Below are positions 18,545-26,007 of a stretch of 64,000 nucleotides of DNA, piece after piece (the first letter of the stretch is position 1; each line of letters begins with the position of its first letter). Source of the DNA: Pirellulaceae bacterium (GTDB taxonomy: Bacteria; Planctomycetota; Planctomycetia; Pirellulales; Pirellulaceae); the NCBI GenBank assembly GCA_041753075.1, contig JBGSVE010000007.1:19823-83822 (forward strand), written 5' to 3'. The translations under genes and the position numbers were made by a program. Below the pieces are notes generated by a model. That model was not told the origin of the DNA, searched no databases, and saw nothing but the letters and a program-made list of their open reading frames with translations.

Positions 18545-19692
18545 CCCTCCAAGTCTCCTCGCAATTCAGCGAGTCTTTTCCAAAGAAATGCACCCGTATC
18601 GGCGCGACGCCGCACCGCTCCGTCCCAATAGCCGAGCAAACGCTCGCGATCCTTTGAATCATCCTTCATCACGACGCCTAGTAGATGTCCGGGCAATCGC
18701 GAGACAGGGTCAAAGCCCGACGGAAAGAACACGCCCTCACGATGAATCGCCGTCGTGATTGCGACTGCCTCGGCGGTGCTCATCACTGTGCTGGGTTGCT
18801 GAACTTGCCAACCCTCGGACGTACGGCCGGATCTCAAGTCGCGGAAAACAGTGACCAACAATTCCACCAGCGCTTTGTCAACCGCCGGCGCAGGACCGCC
18901 GGCCGACAAGATCGCTGTGGCGCGGCGCGAGACCAATTCGACTTCACGATCGGCGTCGGCGATCGGTGCGATCGTCTCAAAGTTGAAGCGTCGTTTCAGT
19001 GCCGCTGACATCTCCGACACGCCGCGATCACGCAGGTTTGCCGTGGCGATGACGTTGAACCCCGGCGAAGCAAAAACGCTCGAATCATCACCGCTCAATT
19101 CAGGAATCATCATCCGTCGCTCGCTCAAGATTGAAATCAATCCGTCCTGCACTTCGGGTAAACAGCGTGTGACTTCTTCGAACCGCACGAGCTTGCCGCT
19201 GTTCATCGCTTGCATCACCGGTGAGGCAACGAGTGCGTCAGGCGTTGGCCCGCGATCAAGCAACATCGCGTAATTCCAGCCGTAGCGAATTTGATCTTCC
19301 GTGGTGCCGGCGGTGCCTTGAATCGTTAGCGCCGACGTACCGCTAATCGCGACGGCAAGCAGTTCGCCCAGCATCGATTTCGCCGTTCCCGGTTCGCCAA
19401 CGAGCAACAAGCCACGTTCGCCCGCCAAGGTGACGACGCAGCGTTGAATGATGTCGCGCGGACCGAGAAATTTTTCCTCGATAACCATTGATTTTGTTTT
19501 CGACGGACCGATCCGTTGGCCATCGGTGCCGCAAATAAAGTCGATGATCGCTTGTGGAGAAAGCAACCAACCGGCCGGACGATGGGCGGTGTCGATTTCG
19601 GCAAGCAGTTGCAATTCGTCACGATGCCGCAGCTCCGCCGGAGGATTTTGCATGGTGGCGGTAGCTGCAGTCGATGCAGATTTCTTTGGCAT
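18541..19692 (-). CDS. MoxR/AAA_5-type AAA+ ATPase (YehL-like)
   Basis: Walker A is LLLVGEPGTAKS and the Walker B-like motif is KLVRFEEVTRC. LPEVQDGLISILSERRMMIPE, FNVIATANLRDRGVSEMSAALKRRF and an arginine-finger region follow. Start set at the ATG at 19690-19692, because the longer ORF to 19998 would overlap the upstream gene. Confidence 0.85.
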   Translation of the reverse strand: MPKKSASTAATATMQNPPAELRHRDELQLLAEIDTAHRPAGWLLSPQAIIDFICGTDGQRIGPSKTKSMVIEEKFLGPRDIIQRCVVTLAGERGLLLVGEPGTAKSMLGELLAVAISGTSALTIQGTAGTTEDQIRYGWNYAMLLDRGPTPDALVASPVMQAMNSGKLVRFEEVTRCLPEVQDGLISILSERRMMIPELSGDDSSVFASPGFNVIATANLRDRGVSEMSAALKRRFNFETIAPIADADREVELVSRRATAILSAGGPAPAVDKALVELLVTVFRDLRSGRTSEGWQVQQPSTVMSTAEAVAITTAIHREGVFFPSGFDPVSRLPGHLLGVVMKDDSKDRERLLGYWDGAVRRRADTGAFLWKRLAELRGDLEG

Positions 19693-19719
19693 AGTTGACG
19701 ATGATTGGGGATCGAGTGT

Positions 19720-19783
19720 GAGCGGATCGGCGCTAGCTGCCGGTTCCGAGTGCGAACGACCGGTGGCTAGCGCCAATCCGCTC
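19720..19783. repeat. REP-like palindromic element, copy B (inside the operon)
   Basis: Arms are gagcggatcggcgctagctgccggt (19720-19744) and accggtggctagcgccaatccgctc (19759-19783): 25 bp with 3 mismatches and a 14-nt loop. The right arm overlaps the stop codon (19782-19784) of the 1683-aa gene. Confidence 0.6.
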
Positions 19784-22700
19784 ACTGCTTGCGTTTTTTC
19801 TTGGTGATGGTGTCTTCGTAACGCGGGATGTCGCCGTGTTCGATCCTTGACCATGTTGATTGGAAGTGGCCAGCGATTGAACCGTGGAGCACGATTCGGT
19901 CCGCGCTGCCGCCGCGCAGACGATCGGTATTGGCGTGTCCGAACAACGGCAACTTCCATGATTCGATCGGCAAGTTCGGTTGCTTGAGCGGTTCCCATCC
20001 GCCGGGCAAGAAGATGTCTCGACCGGCGCGTTCACGTTTGGCTTCGACCAAGTGCCCGGCGGCGACCAACTCGCTGGCCGCGGCGGCGTAGTCCTTCGTC
20101 GCCCACTGGTTCCATCGCTTCACGTTGGCCGCCGTGGGATCGTACAGTGCCAGAACCTGTAGATACAAAGCGGCCGCTGATTCGCTGACCTTCAACTTCT
20201 TAGCACAAGCCTTGACAATTTCCGGCACTGACAACCTCGGGTCTTGTTCCCAGCTTCCTGCGGGCAACGTGCTACTGCGGATCTCGCTGGCCAGTCGCGT
20301 CATTGCATCACTGCGCATTAGCATCACGCCTTGGGCCGCAAGATTATGATGCACGCCTGGTTCCGAATAATCGAATGTTGCGTTGACCGCTGCGGACAAC
20401 TTGGCAAACGCTTTATCATCCGTCAATTGCGCCGAGCGAAACAGCATTCGGATTGCCGGAGGTATTGTAGCGACGACAACCAACCCGTTATCGCCGCGAT
20501 ACAAACCATCAGCCGCTAACTCCAGTTTGGTGATCGTCGTGCTGAGCCTGATGATGGTATCGTCAAGCTTCAACTCTTGATCGAGGGGCGCGGTAAAATT
20601 GGCCCCGAAAGGAAATAATGTTGACGGTTCATCTAGGAACTTGCGAACTTCGTCGACCACATCCGGAATCGCAACGCGAGCTTCGGCACCGGTGGGTAAT
20701 TCGTAATTGATCATGGCGAGCGATAGAAGCACATCGCCCAATAGCGTCTCAGGCACAAACCGCGGCGTGGGATCGTATTTCCTGTCGATCATGTGGTAGA
20801 CCGCAGGCCGACCGGTCGGGACCAATGACATGGTTCGCCGCTGCAAAAACTCGGACGCCTGCGGGTCGGCGAGTAGGCTGGCAATGTGCGGTTGGTGATC
20901 GCCCAAATCAAGTTTCTTCAGCAGCTCTGCGGGCAACGAAATCGTCTTCTTCAAAAACTGTGTCCACTTGGCAATCATCTGGTCAAACGCACGATCACGT
21001 CCATCGAGCATCGCACCACCCGGATTATTTCGCACGCCAATCGAACCGACGGTTGACGCTAATTCGATGGCGTTTAGCTCGGCGATCGCGGTTTGGATAT
21101 CTTTGACTTTCCACGAGTAGAAATCACGAAGCTCTTTGGTCAGCTTCTCTTGGCCGTAGTTAACGGTGCGCAGGTTGCTCATCCACGCCAGCGCCGGTGT
21201 GATCGGATGAACACCGATTTTTGCAGCGGCGTCAGCCAATTGTTCCGTTGACGGCAGCGGCAACGCCTGCACCGTTTTCACTCCTTTGATGAATGACAAC
21301 AAGCTGTTGCGGTTCCAGCCTGGGTCAAGCACGGTTGTTGAATCAACGGTCAAACCTTTTGGTGGTTTTGGTTTCCCGTTGGCTGAATAACCGATTACAG
21401 TCAGGACGTTTTCGTAATAGCTGTGTTGCACAATCGCAACGAATCGATTGTGGCCTTCGACAAAAGTGATCGGATGGGCGTCCGCTCGCGCGGCCAGTGA
21501 ATCGGGCTTCGGTGTTTGGTCTGCGCCTAACGCCACATGATATAGGTGTATCTTCTCGCTGAGCTGTAGCAGGCCGGAATCAGCCAAACAACTCAGCGCA
21601 TCAAGCCACGGGCCCCCGAGCCGCTGGGGTATCGATTCCCCAGCAGACTCGTTCACACCAAGTGACCAAAAACATTTCCAGACTAACGATGGTAAATCGT
21701 CGAGCAGTCCAAGCCAAAAGGTTTGGCAAGCAGGGATTTCATCGTTATCGCAGCCGCTCAGGAATTTCCCCACCGCCATCACATTGGCCGAAATCGAACG
21801 CTCTTCGCTAGGCTGGTAATAACAAATCGGCGACCGTTTCTGTTGCGTCATAAACGTGAAACCCGCGTCGGCTCGCTGGGCGTCGAACGTCGGCAATGCG
21901 GCTTGCGGCGTGTTGGGATCAGGCAACACTCGCGTCAACAGATTTTGCAACGAAATCGATTCTTCAGCGGCCAAGCGTGCCAACCGCGCAATGCCCGCAA
22001 TCAATCGCGGCGGTGCTTGGGGCAGTATTCGCGTGGCAACCGTGGCGGCAATCGTGCGCTCGGGGTCAGGGTTGGCCGGATCATCTTTCCTTTTGTATGC
22101 CTGGTGATTCGTCAGGCCAGCTTCCAGCAACTCGCTCGCTTGCTTGAGCGTAAGTTTTCGCAGCTTCTTCGATGAGTCGAGGCAACGTGGTTGCATTAAG
22201 TTCAAGAAGATAGTGGGAAGCACTGCGGGTTGGCCGAAAGCGTACTTCTGGTGGCCATCATAAGACCCGAAAGCGATCCCGGTTTCTGAATCAACGAGCT
22301 TGCCACCGTCATGCAAAATCCAAAATGAGTTTGACCCCGGCTTGTCGATCATCGCCTCGGCGAAGCGGTATCGAGACGTGGTTTGCTGGTCCGCCGTGAC
22401 CACACTTTTGCGACCATCAATCCCCTGGTACTCAATTGCCGCATCACGACGGCGAACCACACGCCAACCGATCAAACCAGCCTTACTGCCCAATGGCGAT
22501 TGGCCCGCTTGAGTTGGTTGTGGCATCAGATAGCTGGACCCATAGACAATTGTTGCACCGGAGGGCAGCGACTCCTCGAAAAACGGCGGGACGCTATCGC
22601 GCAATTCTTTGCCGGTGCGCGGATCAAGCTCCGCAATCGCCGCCGGCGGAATTGTCGTCTCGTTGTGATTCGACCAATGAACCGCGTCTTCCTTCACACG

Positions 22701-24833
22701 CCAAAACCGAGCGCCATCATGGAACCACTGCCGTGTTGGCCTTGGCCACTGGGCATCGCCGGTGCGGACAGCCCGCTCGCCGCAAAAGTATTCGTCGTCG
22801 CCCAACGGGACAATTTGCGATCGATGCGAACCGTAATAATGGCCTTCGTCATGCTGGGTGGATTTGCCCGGTTCGCTGAGCCAACGTACGAACGTGTGCC
22901 AACCCAATGCCGAATCACGAACCATCATGAGCACATCGTCGCCGAGCGGAACCAGGTAGTTCAGAGATTCGGTCGGCGACAATTTTACCTCGCGCGGCGG
23001 GCAACTACTGGCCGGATCAATCACATGCACGAAGCCGTCGAGCACATAAGCCAATCGCGGAAACGATGGAAAAATCAATTGCTCATGCCGTCGACTCACC
23101 TTCGGCAACGGCTTTTCATCGGCGGCCTTGTCCAATTCCGGCCAACCGTATTCGTCGAACACACCGGCGATTAGCGTGCGGTGCAGAATCGTTGCGAAGT
23201 CGATGCTCCGCAATCGTTTGACAAGCTCAGGAAACTCGACCAACACGCGCGGGCGAATGCAGTTTTGCAATTCATTGGCGGCCTGCTCGACGTCCACCAA
23301 CCCACCGACTTCGAACGCCTTCAATTGTTTGTCGAGGTATTGCCACCAGGCATCACGCACGACCGGATGTCCCGCCGCCGCTTCATCAAACGCGCGTCGA
23401 GGGGCCACGTCGCGAGACCACGACGAACCCTTACCCGGACTGTCTCCCGCGAACGAAACCAAGCTTGGGATCGCAACCTGCAGCGCTGCGATAAACTGTG
23501 GCTGGGCCGCGACGTGCTTCAATTGCGAGTTGCGCCGCGGGTGATCGACATCACTTCGCAGCCAACCCGCAAAGTCGAGTTCAAACCACGGGGGAATCGG
23601 CACCTCAAGTCCCAGATCGAGGTACGTTTCCAGCACATCAACGTCAATGCTGCGACCGCGATGAACCGAGGTGAATGTCATCGGTTTGGCTTCCGCTTTC
23701 AACACCTCGGCCATCGATTCCAACAACTCGAACACGCGTTTGTTCGGCGAGCTTTCGACTGCGGCAATCGCGCCGATCCAATGAGCTCGTCCGCCGGGCA
23801 ATTCGACTTCCTTGGGCCATTGGTCCAGCGGTTGCGAAATCATCGGCAACACGCCCCACTCATCGAGCAGATCCAGCCATTGCCAAACGGGACTGTCGGT
23901 GCGGTAACTATATTGAGGGTTGGTATGGACGAGTAACCAAGCGGCAAAAGTTCGCTCACGTTTGGCGATGCGCGCGGCGGCTTGCTTAACCGACTTCCAA
24001 AACTGGATCGACGCACGGGCCATCGCGGGTGAGGTGATGATCGCCTCGAGCACCGACTCCAGTTCAACGATCGGATCAAGCTTCGCCGCCTTAGCCATGC
24101 GGTTAAGGTCGATTGCGACGTTGGTTACCGGTGGCATACCGCCGAGCGTGCGACGAATGACTAAATCCTTGAACGTCTCGTAAGCATCGGCGGGCTTGAA
24201 TTGTTTCTCGAGGTCTTTGGCATAATCGGACAACGCCTTGCCCGACAAACAACCGCTGAGTGCAAATTCAAGCACCGCATCACGGCGATGCTCGCGATCA
24301 ACCTTCAACGCATGAACCCGCTCGGCTTCGAGTGCCTTGTTGAGGCCGCGACCGGCGTAGGTTTGGTTGCCCAAGTCTTTGAACGTCCGCGCGACCTGCT
24401 CCCAAAACGGCGGCAACAAATCACGCACCGACTTGTTCAACTCGTCGGCCATCTCGGTGTATAAATCCCACGCGGAACCTGGTTTCGACGCAGCCTTGCG
24501 GGCCGTCGATTTCATTCGTTTGACGAGGTCCAATGCGTACTTGGCATGCTGGGGTTGATGCACCAGCGACCAGTGTGCGAAATCGAGCGCGGTGCGCGTC
24601 TGCATCGCAATCGGTTCGCTGATCGCGGTGCCTTGAAGTCCCAGAAATTCCATCGCCAAGTCTTCAGCCGGCACCAACCGATCGGCGCTGAGCGTGATGA
24701 TGACGCGATTCCCCAGGACCGCGGCAGCGTAAGTTCGGGCGACGATCGTTTCCGTCGTCTTGGGATCGCATTTCGATTTTATGGCCACCAAGCCGCCGGC
24801 AGCGAGCTGAGATTCGACAAAGTCTTTGCTCAT
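19782..24833 (-). CDS. Giant (1683 aa) cytoplasmic protein of unknown function, operon member
   Basis: Uninterrupted 5052-nt ORF whose ATG overlaps the stop of the upstream DUF4132-like gene as ATGA (24830-24833). It has no signal peptide, TM segment or catalytic motif that I recognise, and a Lys-rich C-terminal tail (TKKKRKQ). Confidence 0.8.
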   Translation of the reverse strand: MSKDFVESQLAAGGLVAIKSKCDPKTTETIVARTYAAAVLGNRVIITLSADRLVPAEDLAMEFLGLQGTAISEPIAMQTRTALDFAHWSLVHQPQHAKYALDLVKRMKSTARKAASKPGSAWDLYTEMADELNKSVRDLLPPFWEQVARTFKDLGNQTYAGRGLNKALEAERVHALKVDREHRRDAVLEFALSGCLSGKALSDYAKDLEKQFKPADAYETFKDLVIRRTLGGMPPVTNVAIDLNRMAKAAKLDPIVELESVLEAIITSPAMARASIQFWKSVKQAAARIAKRERTFAAWLLVHTNPQYSYRTDSPVWQWLDLLDEWGVLPMISQPLDQWPKEVELPGGRAHWIGAIAAVESSPNKRVFELLESMAEVLKAEAKPMTFTSVHRGRSIDVDVLETYLDLGLEVPIPPWFELDFAGWLRSDVDHPRRNSQLKHVAAQPQFIAALQVAIPSLVSFAGDSPGKGSSWSRDVAPRRAFDEAAAGHPVVRDAWWQYLDKQLKAFEVGGLVDVEQAANELQNCIRPRVLVEFPELVKRLRSIDFATILHRTLIAGVFDEYGWPELDKAADEKPLPKVSRRHEQLIFPSFPRLAYVLDGFVHVIDPASSCPPREVKLSPTESLNYLVPLGDDVLMMVRDSALGWHTFVRWLSEPGKSTQHDEGHYYGSHRSQIVPLGDDEYFCGERAVRTGDAQWPRPTRQWFHDGARFWRVKEDAVHWSNHNETTIPPAAIAELDPRTGKELRDSVPPFFEESLPSGATIVYGSSYLMPQPTQAGQSPLGSKAGLIGWRVVRRRDAAIEYQGIDGRKSVVTADQQTTSRYRFAEAMIDKPGSNSFWILHDGGKLVDSETGIAFGSYDGHQKYAFGQPAVLPTIFLNLMQPRCLDSSKKLRKLTLKQASELLEAGLTNHQAYKRKDDPANPDPERTIAATVATRILPQAPPRLIAGIARLARLAAEESISLQNLLTRVLPDPNTPQAALPTFDAQRADAGFTFMTQQKRSPICYYQPSEERSISANVMAVGKFLSGCDNDEIPACQTFWLGLLDDLPSLVWKCFWSLGVNESAGESIPQRLGGPWLDALSCLADSGLLQLSEKIHLYHVALGADQTPKPDSLAARADAHPITFVEGHNRFVAIVQHSYYENVLTVIGYSANGKPKPPKGLTVDSTTVLDPGWNRNSLLSFIKGVKTVQALPLPSTEQLADAAAKIGVHPITPALAWMSNLRTVNYGQEKLTKELRDFYSWKVKDIQTAIAELNAIELASTVGSIGVRNNPGGAMLDGRDRAFDQMIAKWTQFLKKTISLPAELLKKLDLGDHQPHIASLLADPQASEFLQRRTMSLVPTGRPAVYHMIDRKYDPTPRFVPETLLGDVLLSLAMINYELPTGAEARVAIPDVVDEVRKFLDEPSTLFPFGANFTAPLDQELKLDDTIIRLSTTITKLELAADGLYRGDNGLVVVATIPPAIRMLFRSAQLTDDKAFAKLSAAVNATFDYSEPGVHHNLAAQGVMLMRSDAMTRLASEIRSSTLPAGSWEQDPRLSVPEIVKACAKKLKVSESAAALYLQVLALYDPTAANVKRWNQWATKDYAAAASELVAAGHLVEAKRERAGRDIFLPGGWEPLKQPNLPIESWKLPLFGHANTDRLRGGSADRIVLHGSIAGHFQSTWSRIEHGDIPRYEDTITKKKRKQ

Positions 24834-25735
24834 GATTCCGGCGACTCCTGCTTTTCAACCTTGCGCTTGGCGTAGATCGCGCTGGCCATGCGAACCCCTT
24901 CGCTGAACGTTACCGCACCGACATCACGAATCGTGACCGCCTGTTGACTCTTGTTGACAAAAATCAATTCACCAGTCTCCGTTTCCGCTTCGGGATACTC
25001 GCCGCCGATGTAATAGCGCGCTTCCAGCGGCAGGATGCCTTCCCAAACTTTGCAGGTTGCATAGCCACCACGAACGGGATACCCAAGCCGACGACAAACA
25101 CCAATGGCAAAGTTCAGTTGTTCGAACACGCCACCTTGGTAATCACGAATCGACGTCAACGCAGATTGTTCTTCGGTCGGTTGATAGACGGGGCGGTACA
25201 ATTGTTCGATTGGTTGCACAGCCTTGATGTCACCGGCCAATTCACGCAGGTCGTCAAGTTCGGCAATCAGGATCGGATGCACAACGGCGATGGCGGCGCT
25301 CTTGAGCCACTTCGATTCGCCATCAAGGTCAACGATACCGATGCCTTTTTTTGCGTCCACATCGCGGAGCAATCCGACATGCTCAACGTCGAGCTTGCCG
25401 GCCGCGTTGGCCCCGGCGATCACCATGTTTTCCAGCGCCGCGCGCCAAGCGTCGTCGGGCCAAGTGTTGACAATGACCTCGCGGGGAACGACCAGAGACC
25501 GGAGCATCCAATGTTCGACGGTGTGTAGGCAATGCAGCGCATGGTCATTCATCCACGCGGCGAGGGCTTGCAGTTGATCGAAGACCGGTTCCTCTTTGAG
25601 CCATGACGGAACCGAGGCGAGCCGTTTGCCTTTGGCGTTCAAGCAAACAACTTTGCCGTCGTCGAGACCGAGCTGATGTTCTTTCGGAGCATCGAGCCAC
25701 GAAGTGGGCATTGAGGCCGGTGCATGAACAGCCAA
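24830..25735 (-). CDS. DUF4132-like protein (MolR/YehI C-terminal domain-like)
   Basis: 301-aa ORF. The TTG start at 25735 is preceded by GGGAG; an alternative ATG lies at 25711. The pattern W..D..W.....N.V and then VHPILIAELDDLRELAGDIKAVQPIEQLYRPVY matches my recollection of the DUF4132 core (HP..l....W......qPF.QL.R). Confidence 0.6.
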   Translation of the reverse strand: MAVHAPASMPTSWLDAPKEHQLGLDDGKVVCLNAKGKRLASVPSWLKEEPVFDQLQALAAWMNDHALHCLHTVEHWMLRSLVVPREVIVNTWPDDAWRAALENMVIAGANAAGKLDVEHVGLLRDVDAKKGIGIVDLDGESKWLKSAAIAVVHPILIAELDDLRELAGDIKAVQPIEQLYRPVYQPTEEQSALTSIRDYQGGVFEQLNFAIGVCRRLGYPVRGGYATCKVWEGILPLEARYYIGGEYPEAETETGELIFVNKSQQAVTIRDVGAVTFSEGVRMASAIYAKRKVEKQESPES

Positions 25736-26007
25736 AGGTTGCTCCCTATCGTTGAACGGTTAGAGAAAAGTATGTCGTAGCTTAAAGCAGCAGGATAGCG
25801 ATTTGAACTGTGCTGCGGGAAAAATCTTTGCCACGCCTGATTCGCTAATTCATCTCAAATTCTCGCGGTTTCTTCGCCAATTCAGCGGCGGCAACTTAAC
25901 GTCAAGTTAACGCTGCGCTGACCGACTATTCGCTGTTTCATTTTGGGCGAGCACTACTTTATCGCCTGCACAAACTGGGCGTCAGCTTCAAAAAAAGGAA
26001 TGTTTCA

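Noticed and set aside
19693-19998. N-terminal 102-aa extension of the ATPase ORF
   Set aside because: It would overlap the last ~215 nt of the 1683-aa gene and read through the REP-like palindrome. The extension is Arg/His/Pro-rich, and the conserved ATPase core begins well after the ATG at 19692.
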